Below are positions 1 through 12,600 of a DNA stretch of 64,000 nt, piece after piece. The stretch is from Daphnia carinata (lineage: Eukaryota), in contig NC_081331.1 in NCBI RefSeq assembly GCF_022539665.2, positions 6,386,001 through 6,450,000 of the forward strand, read 5' to 3'. A model generated the notes under the pieces. That model ran no database searches. It was not told the origin of the DNA and saw only the letters and a program-made list of their open reading frames with translations. Both the position numbers and the translations under genes were made by a program. Each line of letters starts with the position of its first letter. The first letter of the stretch is position 1.

Positions 1-2373
1 ATTTCAAAGCGTGCTTTATACTTGAGAAAACCGAATACGCCTTGATAGGTCTCTGCACGTGAGGCCGTTTCCCCTGTAGTTGGAATGAAATGGTATGGTA
101 GAATGGATGAAAATTAGATGAACTTGAATTAACAGATATTTTTCTGGATTTTTTTATCGCACACATCACGTACAGTCTACATTTTTCAATAGCAGTGGTA
201 CATATTAATCTGTCCTGATGGTGAATTAATAGAAAATTCTGATGTTCAATAATTCTTGAAATGCACAAAACTTATCTTCAAAGGATTAAGATTTTAGTTA
301 GTGGTAATCTTAATAGCCATGTTTTTCTTGAATCGTTATAATATTTTTCCCTTCCAGATTACATTAAATCAAGGGATTGCTCTCCTACTATGATTACAAC
401 AAGGAGTCACATCAATTCCAAACAAGTTAACAATGAAGGTTTTATGGAAAAGCACTAGCACGTAACCTGGATGAGCCCGGCGGATCTCCTTAGCCAAGGT
501 TTAAAATGTTTTCTCTGTCTGGCTGTTACGCAAAACAAGGGTGCGTGACACATACTAAATCGGGTGAGTAATTAGTAAATAAGACCTATCGAAGTTTAAT
601 TATTCTCGGAACATTAAGAATCATCCTTATTTTCTTCTAATAGAAACTTTCTCTTTCTAGGTTACTAATATTGATGGATTTACATTGCGCCGGAAAAATT
701 GCAGCTAGCATCAACAGCCGTTAAAGTATGTAAATAATATGTGAACTTGCGTCACCAGGAAGTGGGTTTTGAGGACTGTTTGATTTGCCCAAAATTTTTA
801 GTTTCCCAAGGATCTACGTAGGCGTCTCCAATTGGATACGAAACATCCTACTGACTGTCACCGTTTTACAATCTGCTGAAAGGTAATAAACGTTATTCTT
901 GTTAGACTACTCGGTATTCTCCTGCGTGTTATTCCGCGCTATCCGATTCAGTTTTCTCTGGGCTATTTTGAGCGTGTTTTATACTTTTTACGTTCAATCG
1001 TCTGACTCTGGGGACGAGCGCAAAAAACTAAAATGTCGTTCTTTTTGGTCAATATCTTCATTAAATTGGTATTAGCGCAAAGGGCACACAGGCGTTCGCA
1101 ATACCGAACCGATTGTTTTATATGTAAATGTCGTGTTTTTGTATCATGTTGTGTGACCGACAGTTGATCTTCTAGTAATTCGTTGTTTTGACTTAACCTT
1201 GTCATTTTGTATTTTCATTTTCTAACCGAGAAGACACAAGAAAAACCTGGTGATTATGTGTTGATATTTATACGACTAAAAGCTGGCAAGAGATGGGAAG
1301 TACTATTTTAAACAAAAACGCGTAAGATTATTTATTCTTAAACTACAGTTTGATGCTGGTCAGACACGCTTGTAAAAAGCCCTGTGAAATTTCCAATCTA
1401 AATCATGTATTTTAATGGTAATACCGAGGTTTTTTAATAAACAATTTGTTCACTAATTCTTCTTCGATTCACTTTTATTTTGGTTGTTGAGAAAAAAACT
1501 AGATGTCGCTGTTGCGCTTCCAAAATGGTGGAATGTTTACGTGTGACAGTGGTGTAAGCAGTTAATCCTGCTTGAAAGTCTTTGTTAAAAATGTTAGACT
1601 CCAGTGAAAAGTTGTATAAAATTAAGTACTATTAAGTGTTTTATTCCCTGTGTCGTTTTGGACGTGAAGCAAACCAAATATTTCATTTTTCATGTAACGG
1701 GCAATCTTGCAAGCTATGCAAGCTGCCAATTCCAAACTGTCACAAATTGCTCTGTCAAAGAACTATGACCTTAGCATTCCATCATGCTACTCTGTTGCTC
1801 TATTTAGAGGTATGTAACTTGTGTGTGTGGCCGTTAATATTGGCATGATTCTGACTTTAACATCTAGCTTTGTAAAACTTACAACGGAAGACATACTAAC
1901 CAGTGGGAAGGTCACCAATGATAGAACCAACACACCACTGTCTCATTTGACTACCCTTTGCCTAGTCATCAGAAACAGCTTTAATCTGACTAGTGCATCG
2001 TGTCCCTCTTTGTTTGGATTCCAATGATTAACCACTACCAACCAACTTACATAGAAATGGACATCACAGCCAGTCCTGTTTGGTATTTTAAGTTTGAGGC
2101 TTATCTACTGTTGCCATTCTTTAAATATAATATCCCATCGTAGGTCTGCCGAGCCTTCTCCTTCAGCAAAATTACCAGCCCAACAACTTTTGCGTCTTTG
2201 GACAACAGGGTAAAGTAAATTTCCTTCCCTGTTATAATTATGCCAATAATATTATATTCCACATGTAGTAACGTTTTCTTCATATTTATCATTTAGAACT
2301 ATGCCATCATCTTCTGTTCCACGCAAAATTGAATCAAAATTCTAAGTTTTGCCCGTTCTTCACTTCATAATCC

Positions 2374-2615
2374 TTCGTCGCCTGGCTTTTCGCCCCGTCC
2401 GTCGCCTCGCCTGTAGCCGTCTTCGCCTCGCCCGTCGCCTCGCCCGTCTCAACATCTTCGCCTCGCCCGTCGCCTTGCCCGTCGCCTCGCCCGTCGCCCC
2501 GTCTTCGCCTCTCCCGTCGCCTCGCCCGTCGTCGTCGCCCTGTCATCGCCTCGTGGTCACGCCGTCTACGCCTCCCCTATCGCCCCTTCATCACCTCGTG
2601 GTCGCCTCGTCTTCG
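2374..2615. repeat. GC-rich degenerate tandem repeat built on GTCGCCTCGCCC / TCGCC units
   Basis: Repeated gtcgcctcgccc units are seen directly. They produce the low-complexity ORFs 2334..2546 and 2349..2663. Confidence 0.85.
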
Positions 2616-2656
2616 TGGTATGGTTGTGTTTTGTTTTATGTTGTATTATGTTTTGC

Positions 2657-2982
2657 AAACTAACACGTTGGCTGCCACCCACCCACTTTGATCCCCTTTT
2701 TTTTTGTAGCTTGACAGGGACGGGCCGCGCTGTTCTGCTCCATGGTCTATCTGCCATGGGGTGGAGCAGCGCCACTGCCCAAGATTGGCCGAATGGCCCC
2801 TAGGCAACGCACCACAGGGAATTCCCTTTTTCGATGCGGCTGATGAGACCTGGGGTGTGCGTTCCCAAAAAGGTCTCATCGCCGTGTCAGCCCGGCCTAC
2901 CCGGCCCCCTTGGTCGCTATCCCTAGGATAGCGACACTAGCGACAGTAGAAAATGGTGGCGTGGCAGCCAACGTGTTAGTTT
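2657..2982. mobile_element. MITE-like non-autonomous element (326 bp) with perfect 22-bp terminal inverted repeats
   Basis: aaactaacacgttggctgccac (2657-2678) is the exact reverse complement of gtggcagccaacgtgttagttt (2961-2982). The interior is GC-rich with several hairpins and no credible ORF. Confidence 0.6.
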
Positions 2983-3124
2983 AAGTGTATCTGTGTATGT
3001 ATTGTATGTTGTGTACTGTATTTTAAAATGTATGTAATAGTGGTGGATATGTGGGTGGAAGGAGGGACAATAAAAACGATTTTACACTATTTAATTTTGT
3101 ATTTATTATTTAGCTGTACATTAA

Positions 3125-3190
3125 CTGATATGGGGATCGAACCCTAGTATTCTAGCATGACAACCACATGCTTTACCATTATTCCAACCA
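3125..3190 (-). pseudogene. Degenerate tRNA-like sequence (tRNA pseudogene or SINE head; GTC anticodon-like)
   Basis: The minus strand reads GGTTGGAATAATGGTAAAGCATGTGGTTGTCATGCTAGAATACTAGGGTTCGATCCCC. It has an A-box-like AATGGTA and a B-box GGTTCGATCCC at tRNA spacing, but the stems pair poorly. Confidence 0.4.
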
Positions 3191-3281
3191 TGAACTTACA
3201 AATAACTAATATGCATTCAACAATAAGCTAGTGTGTACTGAATATCTATATAGGTATCACAATCCGAAACAATATTAACAA

Positions 3282-3354
3282 GGGTAGTATGACATACCGG
3301 TAGCACGCTGGCCTATGGTGCAAGAATTCTGTGGTTCAAATCCCAGACGACTTA
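3282..3354 (+). pseudogene. Degenerate tRNA-like sequence (tRNA pseudogene or SINE head)
   Basis: D-loop-like CCGGTAGCACG, B-box GGTTCAAATCCC, a partial acceptor stem gggtagt/acgactt, and a length of about 73 nt. Confidence 0.35.
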
Positions 3355-4626
3355 AAATGGATTATCGAAGTATGAATATTAAATGAAGAAAGAAATTAGA
3401 AGAATGCCAAGCAGAAAACACAAGACCAAGCAATATAAAAAAAAAAGAAAGGGCAGAGTAAGAAGGCAGTTAAAAACATAAGTTTTGCTATTTTTTGTTT
3501 AAAAAAAATAAATTGTATTGACATTACTCTGCACATATAAATGATTTTGCAACTTTAAAAAGGCACAATAGACCTTTCAAAAGTTGCCGTCAACCCAGGC
3601 AGGGGGAGACACTGCCTTGTTGACCCACCGGGGAGATTACCCGGTGATTGGCTAAGAGAAGCCGGAAGAAGAGCTGAAGATTTGGAACATTTTTACAGGA
3701 GCGATTAACCTTTAGTTCGGATTTGTGGGCAGCCACGTCACCCTCCGTGAACACATCATCGGACGAAGCGGCACCCCACGTCCCCTTTCCGGCCAGAGCC
3801 CTCCAAACCTCGGTATATGTTGTTTTTATATATACCGTACAGTAGGGGCATGACCCCCTACGGGCTTATTATGAGTCAAGGGGAAACGGGGCTTCAGAAA
3901 AGAAGGGAGCCCAGATATGCACTTCAATTTTTTAAATATCAAATACCGTCTGGGGAATCCGAATTAAGTATAGCAATGTCATGTCATCCATCCAATCAAT
4001 ACAATTTATTCAGTGTCTTGCCCCAACCAAGAATCTTTTCAGATCCAATGTTACTATTAACCTATATTGAGAAAAGAAAAACAACACAGTTAAACACATC
4101 AATTGTTGATCATGGAACTTACATGACTCATAGATTCAACTTCTGGTGGAAGCTTGGGAAAGGACATACAAATTGCAGATTAACTTCATTGCATAAGGAT
4201 CTTGAATGATAAACTAGCACCTGTAGAATGTTGCATTGTTGATAGTTGTTTTCCCAGTACATGAAAATCCTTTCCTATTGGATAAATTTTTTTTTTGGTA
4301 GATAAGACCTGGTTGGCAAAAAGGAGGAGAAATTCTTCGTCATAAATTCAAAATTATTTGAAGAAAAATCCTTTCATACCTAAAGAGTCCATGTATGATG
4401 TTCATCTCTGCAATAGCAGCAAAATTAAAACATCTTTAGGGCCATTTAAATACCCAGTTTCCCCAACACTCTGAACATAAAGGACAAGTTGTTCTTTAGC
4501 AAGAGAAGCAGAATTATTTGAGGCTTCTAGCTGTGACAGAACTATAAAGGATTGCTGTTGTACTGGATTCATTAACACAAGATGGTACTTCTCATTAGGC
4601 AATTTGCATTACTCTATTAATTTACC

Positions 4627-5388
4627 TCACACCTTATGGTAATGCACTCTCAGTGTTTTTTCATCTGTAGGCTCACTCTTCCATCCTGTAACACTTCCAG
4701 ACTTGATTTGATCCCCCGTTAAAATCTGTGAATGCAAAATAATAGCATTAAAAATACTTTTTCGATAGACAGAAAACCGAAAAGTACCTAATCCATGTTT
4801 CATGTTGAACTTGTGCCATTTCTGGGTTTCTGTACCACACCCATTTTCGGCCCAAATACGTTCCCACAATTGTTCAGTTCCTTCACTGCATGAGCTTATT
4901 ACTAACGATTCTTTTAGTGCAGCACTAACAGAATTTAAATTTAACACACTGTCATGTGGTGGACTGAATAACTAAGCAATAAATAACTGTTTTTTAAAAT
5001 TCTATACTTATTTTGAATTCTTATTTGAAAACTTTAGGTACCTGGCTGTGTTCGCCTAATGCCAACTCATCCTCACGTTCAGTTTGAGATGAGTTTTGAA
5101 AAACCTCCTTCACTGTTTGGAAACTGTTCCGTTCCAATTTGTTCTTTTCCCCTAGCTGAGCTTGAAGACTCAAAATTTGAGCTACAAAACACGAATGAAT
5201 AAAAGCAAATAAATAGAATCATTACGTGTTAGGCCTACGATCCTTAGCTTTGTTATCTAATATTTTGTGTTGTTCCAATAACTGGGCCTGCAGCTTCATA
5301 ATTTGATCTAATAAACAATAATTAATAATTGAAAACCAATATAATAATGTTTATACTTACCATTTTTTTGTTTTATTATCTTATCCAT
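4627..5388 (-). CDS. Uncharacterised spliced protein (exons 5388-5361, 5181-5042, 4971-4627; possibly extends to an exon ending at 4402)
   Basis: Three exons join through GT-AG introns in matching phase: MDKIIKQKN/AQILSLQAQLGEKNKLERNSFQTVKEVF...GEHSQ/LFSPPHDSVLNLNSVSAALKES...RVHYHK. No family recognised. Confidence 0.4.
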
Positions 5389-5749
5389 TTTTCAATTGTT
5401 CCTCCAGCCACGCGTTGTTCTCCAGCCACGCTACTCAATTAACTGCTAATGGGATACAATTAACTCAAATTGCTTACATGCTGTAATAACGAAACCGACT
5501 GATAGATGGCTACGGGTAGAAAAAAGAGAAAAAAGTGCGATTTTTTTTTTTTTTCCGCCATTTTTTTTTTTTTTCATGTAAAACGGATTGCCATATTGCC
5601 ATATTGCCATACCATTATAGCAAATATGCTGCAAGCTTACATATGGTAAACCTTGGATTTATGTCGCAGACGACCCACCAAACGGTATAGCCATCTACTG
5701 GTAAGGTATCCAGTTCTATTTCACTCAACGGCTCCCGATGTTCAAGAAG

Positions 5750-6210
5750 GTAGGGCTAGAAAATAAGCCCGACAAAATAAATAAGTCCGACTTTCCCAAA
5801 TCGAAGTTGGCGCGCCAGTACGGTACAGCGCGCCTGTACAAAACAGCGTATCGTACTATTAAATATATTTCAAAAACAGCTGCTTTGGCGAGAAAGCGAA
5901 TAATTTCCCTGAATCAGCATTTCACTTTGCGTATAACATGTGAATTTCACCGAATATTTGGCGCAATGCTAGCGTGCCAGTACGGTACAACGCTAGCGTG
6001 ATGCAGTAGAAATATTCGGTGTATTTCAATAAAAACTAACTTAATGAAAAAAAGAGCAATTTTCCCGGAATCAGCATTCAATTTTGAGTATATCCTGAGG
6101 TACTCAACCAATCCCAATGAGTTTCAGCTTTTTCAGAAAAAATTTTAAAGCCCGACCGAGAAAAGTCGGGCTTATTTAGTCGGGCATAAATTTTTTTTCG
6201 GTCAGTGTAT
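5750..6210 (-). mobile_element. DNA-transposon-like terminus (TA-CACTGACCGAAAAAA) with subterminal AAGCCCGAC repeats
   Basis: The minus strand from about 6210 reads TACACTGACCGAAAAAAAATTTATGCCCGACTAAATAAGCCCGAC. The GCCCGAC motif recurs in both orientations (about 5766, 6149-6186). An internal degenerate duplication (gccagtacggtaca; aatt..ccc.gaatcagcatt) is also present. The partner end was not seen. Confidence 0.4.
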
Positions 6211-6661
6211 ATAGAGAATTAACTAGAAACGTGACCGTTAGATGGCGATAGCAGTAAAACAGAAAAAGGCCAATATTTCCTTTTTAAGGGTGTAGGTGAA
6301 TGCGAAATAGTAAGGGAATACAACTACCCTCGCAATGATTAGAATGGTACTGCGAAAGTTTATGGTTGTACGTAATTCGCTGTACAGGGTGAATACCAAC
6401 ATACAGACTGCAAACGTTGTCGCACATCTTTTAACCTCTGTATGTAACTCCTGAAGTGGGAAAGATCGCAACATGATGGACGTGGCCATTTGTGGTCCTG
6501 TTGGCTAAGGCAATAGGATGATACGGTTGCACAATAAGACGAATACAAGAAAATAAAATCCCGTCAGAACAGCATTTTTTTCAAGCGAAAGAAAGACAAA
6601 AACAAAACTACACGAGACTAATGTTAGTAATATTGATGCTTAAGATGTAACGTAAACTTTG

Positions 6662-9600
6662 TTAAGGTATGCCTTGGAGTAACCCTCGGATGAATTCATC
6701 AGGAGATGGAATATCCTCTAATAAACCTAGAAACAAAAAAAAACAAAAACATAACCAATGAGACAATCAGGTGAGGCAGCTACGACCCTCAGTAAAATCT
6801 TACCAGCAACATCGCAAAATTCGTCAAATGAGCCGCAAGTCAGAAAATCATTTTGATAGGCATTGAGTAGTTTGTCAGTGGCCCTCAAAACGGTTTCGTC
6901 GTTGTGACGGATATATTCGGCTACTGTTCCAGGCCAGTCGGCATCAATTTCTCCCACAGTAACGTTCTGAATCATCCAAACCATAATGATTTATAACATA
7001 AGCCCTGGAAATCCAATATTACAATTTGTACCTTCAAGACGATGTTGAAAATTCCGTTGACGATGGAAAAGAAGACGAGTGCAGGTTTATAAACACTGTA
7101 ATCAAGTATCTGTTTCTCATGACGTTGGTCGCTTCCTTTTGATTGGTGGGCACGGCAGTGTGCCGTCACCAAAAGGCGACCAAGGTAAGTTAAGCGATTC
7201 GCATTCCAGCGCTGGCAACTCTGCAAAAGCAGAGCCAAAGTCGTGTAATAGAATGCGCTATCGGATTCGACATGATTCTCCACCCATTTTTCTCCTCGGG
7301 CAGTTTCCAGAAAACCTAGTTGTTAAATATAGAATTAAAATAGAGCAACGTGGAATTAATATAGAATTAAAACGTAAAAAACATACTTTTCAAATTTTTC
7401 TCTTCGCGACTCCAGGAGCGTGTCGTATTAAGAACATATAGGGCTGCGTGAAGAAGATACGGTAAGAAATGCATGTTGGATTGCGGGCCACCGCCGCCGG
7501 ATTCGTCGCTGAAAGAGCGTTCGAGGGCAAAGCGTAAAAGAAGCAACTTAAGATCGTGACAGGTGGAGACATAACCAATGTCTCTGTGTCCAGTGCATTC
7601 TTGAAGATAAGTGTTATGGCGAGCAAGGCAAGTTGCGAAAGCTGATTCTGGAACTTGCGGGCCCCACAAAGGTAAAAGGCCGTTGCAGCGGGTGTTGGCG
7701 TTTTGCAACGCTGCTGATTCCCATTCGTCACGTGCTCTGGCCAAACGGACGGCAGCCAAATGACATTCGACGTGGACTACGTTGAAGTGGGAGACCGTAT
7801 AGTAGCCGAGAGTCTTGCGGCTTCGTCCAGAGCTAACGGACGGCGAAGAAGTAGTCGACGAAGTTGGGGCACCGCACCACAGCTGAGACTCGAGATCTTC
7901 CAACTGGCAGCGGCGACTGAAGGTGTAGATGGCCAAAACTCTCCCCGGCTGGAATCGGTAACCTTCGCGGCAAATGACACAAACGGGGCCAGGTTCCTCT
8001 CCTAATCCCATGTCGACCAACTGCTGTAGAATTGGGTTTTCTGCTTTAACTTGGCCAAGTGCGTTGGTCTTCATTCCCAGGGCACGCAGCTGATTTTCCC
8101 TCATCGCCATAGCCAAACGCTTTTTCTCTCGCTTCGTCTGTTGGCGAACTTCTTCTATGCGTTCAGCAACCTTTAAGAATTACACGAAACATTTCCTTAA
8201 TGAACGCCAAAGAGAAAATGTAATTCTGAAAAAAACTGTTCCGTACCGTAGGATGGCCACGCATGGCCTCTAGCAAATTCTCAGCAAGAGAGCCAACGTG
8301 TTCATCGGATGAAATTTGTTCCAAATGATGGAAGAGAGGAATCGAATCAACGGCTAACGCCAACTGGGTTGTAACGTGACTGTGAGCCAACCCAGTCAGA
8401 AGGCGCAAAACAAACTTCAACGATGGTTTTGCTACGAATTCTTTCCATTCGGGACTGTCTCGGGCGATGGCCGAGCGGATGGTAGGAGCATTTTGAAGGA
8501 GATAATCCAGCGCAGTGTAGACCACCTGTAAGTAAGTTAACGCATTAACGCAGGTCATTATTCGGTAAACAAAAGAAATCATTTCCAACTCAAAACATAC
8601 CTTCGAAGCTACTAAGCGATCCTTCAGAGTATTGCCTATAGCATTGTGTTCAATGCCCGATGTGAGGGCGCAGAATAATTCCAGTTTAACAGCCTGTATC
8701 ATTTAAAACAAAATTTTATCAAATAAATTAGATTAAGTACATTTTAGTGCTTCGCACCTGCTCGGTACTGTGTTCTCTGTCATACTGGTTGAAATCTAAA
8801 CTCTGCCGGAAATATTCAATAAGCACATCCATCTTGGTGTTGTTGACGAACGTCAAGAACGGAATGACACGAGTTAAATGAGTCAAAATGCTCGTGACTG
8901 TCTTGGAACCCGCCATTTGGGCCGACAACTGCAACAAAAAGTCCAAATCTTCCTTGGTACCGAAGGTCGACGAAAACAGGGCATATTGATCAACGCTCTG
9001 TGCGGAAGCTTGACATAAAATGGCTTCCATAACTTCCAAAAGTTGCTCTGTAAATGGAGGCATGTTCTGTTGAGCCTGAGGAAATACACAATGTTCATCA
9101 AAATCTGCGAAACAACGACAAAACTCTGCTATGAACCTGTAGGCAAAGCTTAAGAGCGCCAAGAAGACGTTGGACGGCATTCAGTTCCGGAGTGATCAGA
9201 AGAGAGCGGTTGGTCTGTACTTTGGTGCAGAAAGACAGAAGTTTGACTAAGGCACCAAGAAGTGGCCGACCTTCGCCCTGAATATCCCGGACGCAGCTCA
9301 ATCGCTCCAAAAGAACATCCAATCCACCACATTCTCCCATGACATTTGCCAGTTTGTAAGTCTCTTCGTCATTAGCCGGGCGCTGGCGTTTATCATCAAA
9401 CCGTTCGATAAATTCTTCCGTAGCATCGCCTAATAAGCCTCGCATCCTATACACGATCCTCATAGGCTCTGCTTCGTTATTTTCAGAAAGGAAAACCTAA
9501 ACAACCGGAAATTATTAATCAATTAAAAGTATTTGTAAAAGAAAGAGGGGCACATACTTTGCGATAGACATCTCGGACCGGCAGATCTAGACTCATAATT

Positions 9601-12600
9601 TTATTGCACACCAATAGTTCCATGCCAGTATCGTCTTCTAGAAGAGCAACCAATTCACACTGAAACAAAGATAATAAATTTAATAAACGTTAACTAAAAT
9701 TAGGGTGCAATTATTCCTTACGTCTTGGCAGATTTTGTTTTTAATGTCCCGCATCAACGGACCAAGGCCGGGCTCCGCGCTGCTGTACGGGTTACCTTGC
9801 ATTCGCCCTAATTGCACAAAATTTAGAAAATAGTCAGCATCCTTTACAGCAAATGATGTTTTTTGTTTTGTTTGTTTGTTTTCGGTACCTTGCAAGAAAT
9901 CCTCTTGTTGAGGGTCTTTGTCAAGCGACATAAGGAATTCGACATCGTCTTTCTCTTCCGGATGGATGATGGAACATAGACGTTCGACTACAAAGACAGG
10001 CGTTACGAGGTCATCGACGAGGCATTGGCGTAGAGTTTGAACGCACACAGACATAAACTGCTTCGTCTCGGCTTCAGTTCCTGTGGTCATGTCTCCAAGA
10101 AGCTGCAGTAGAAGTTCTTGTGTGTCCTCGACGAGCCGTGTACGTTGAAGGACCAAGCGACGCAAGTTCAAGTAACCGTTCAAAACGTGACCAACTAGGC
10201 GGCCTTTGTACGCTTGACGAACAGATGTCTCTTCGAGGAAAAAGGAAAGGAGCTCGACCAGCGATTTCATTGCGTGGCCCTGAGAAAGCTCCGATGATCG
10301 CCCGGCCATTTCCTGCCGAGTCAGGCCGTTGATTTCCACTTCGATCCAATCAGCCAATTTGGGTAGCAATCCACGACTGACAAGGTAGTAGCGCCAGTGT
10401 TCCTTCCGCACCAGCGACATGTAGAGACCGAAAAACTCCGCACCATAAGGACCAGCTTGACCCAACTGGGCCAGGAAGCTCGTCAGTAGGTTGACAATTT
10501 CTTGTCTCCGTTGAGGTACGCGGGCGAGGCCTTCGAGGAAGACGCAAGCCGTTTGGCGGCTGAGACGCGAGTTGGGATTAAACAACATGGACTGAAGCCA
10601 GTTGGAGCCGGACAGCTGACAAGAGACGGGTCTTTGTTGTTGATGGCGCTGTTGACACTTGTCGCGCCAACGAGCTCCGTACTTTTGCATCAAATGTAGT
10701 TGTCGTACTTGCTCCGGCCTCTTTCCAGCCACGGGCGCGTCGTAGCGCGATAAAACGCGCGATTTCCAAGCTTCGAAACTTTGCTGAGGATCACCTACAC
10801 GAAGAGAAGAAAACAAAATATTAGAAAGAAAGAAAACAGAACGAGACTGGACATTGTACCTTGAAGCCAGCGTTTCAGGTCCATGAGAACATCAACATGG
10901 CCGACCTTTGAAGATTCTTTAACATGGATTTGCACCGTCCCAGACGTACCTGCATTACATCGGACATAAACAATAAATCATTGAAATCAAATCGAATTCA
11001 AAATTCCACAATTATTACCTTGTATAAGTTCTTGAATAATGCGAAGACAAGGTAGAGTGATGACATCCATAACAGCGGGTGACTGCAGATGATGAGTTGA
11101 TTTCAAAAATAGCTGGACCACCGAGCGCAGACGTTTTTCCCAGCACGTGTCCTGGCATTGAAGGCTAGCCGCGAACAGAGCCATTTCGTGTCGAATGGAG
11201 TTGAGCAAAGCCAAACTATGGCCGGAGCGTTTCAGAACTCCGTCAACGCTCTCCATCAGTTTCTGGTTAAGGCAATCGACGGCGTCAGCGTTATTCAGCG
11301 TCAACAAGCAGAGCAGATCGCGGACTTCGCCACGCGATTGGGCCGAACCTTGCGCGATGTTAAAATGAAGCAATTCTTGAAGCAGTCCCTGTTCGAACAT
11401 GAGCCGTCGCAACAGAGGCTTCGTTGCCATTGCGCGCAAGAGAGTTAGACAGTGATCCAGAGCGGCACTGGCACATCCGTAGCAACAAGTCGCTCCAGTA
11501 GGTAGCGGTACAAATTGGCTACCATCGAATCCAACAGCCCCTTGTCCGGGACTTGAACGTCTGACAGCTTTTTGCCTCTGGCTGGCATCGTAGGCAACGA
11601 TATCGCGACGACAGGCTGCCACACGTTGAGCTATTTTGCTCAACTCTTCAAAGGTTGATTTGCACTCTGAATGATAGCGGTGGCAAATCTGTTGGATTGT
11701 TTTGTTTATCTGTCCTGCTCCAGGTCCTCCAGCATTAACAGACCCATTGCCATTAGCTGCGGCTGCATTAGATGGCCCTCCTGAATTTCCAGGTGCTCCC
11801 GACGACGATGCAGAGCTCACATCATTTCCGGCTAACACATCGATACCGGAATTTTCACCAAGCTTACTGATCAATACTTCCAATCCTTCCCTATGAACGT
11901 AAGAAAAAAGAAAAGAATATGAAAGGCCAATTCGGGTTAATAACGTTATGGGTATCTCACCTGGTGTAAGCCATTTGGCCTTGTAGTCGATCGGCCTTTT
12001 CCAGGAATCCGTTGATGGCTTGTAGCGACTTTTCCCGATCTTCCTCGCTCTCGACCGGCTCCACGGTACAGCAAGGCTTGGCGGATAACGTCAATTCGAA
12101 CTTGGCATACTTGCAGAAGCCACAAGCATTGCACAAAAATGGATCCTTTTCGTCGTAGTTGATGGAACGGCACTTGTGGCACTGGTAGACGTTCTCGCCG
12201 CAATTGGAACATACTCCAGGGTGGGCCGGGACGGAAGCCGAGCAACGCGGGCACTGCAACATCTCCGACGAGGCGCGCAAGTTTTCGTAAAAGGCGGCAA
12301 ATTCGATTTTCAAATTGCAGCAAGTGATGGGCAACGGCAAATCGACTTTAACTTCGGCCTGGCCTGGTGTTAGCGACAGTTTCTTAGCCTCGAGCCAGAT
12401 ACCTGGTCGGTTCTTGAGCTCAACGGCCGCTTGAACGGGCCGGTTGTTGTAATAGATGTTGATGGTGCGCACCATTTTCGTCCGTTTGATGTCGGTAATT
12501 CGCAGCGCAAAACGATTGACAACATGACTACCGACCAGCTTGATAATGTGTGTCGACGTCGTGAAACGGACGTCCGCTTTGAGAGTCGTCAATTTGACGG

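Noticed and set aside
340..2330. Exon-like and coding-like segments at the window start
   Set aside because: Frames are interrupted by stops and I recognise no family, so a gene or retroelement call cannot be supported.
2334..2663. Arg/Gly- and Pro/Ser-rich ORFs
   Set aside because: They are translations of the TCGCC tandem repeat.
2836..2885. CTGATGA-GACC resembling a hammerhead ribozyme core
   Set aside because: The closing strand is GGTCTCATC, which base-pairs with the core, rather than GGTC-GAAA. The catalytic GAAA is absent.
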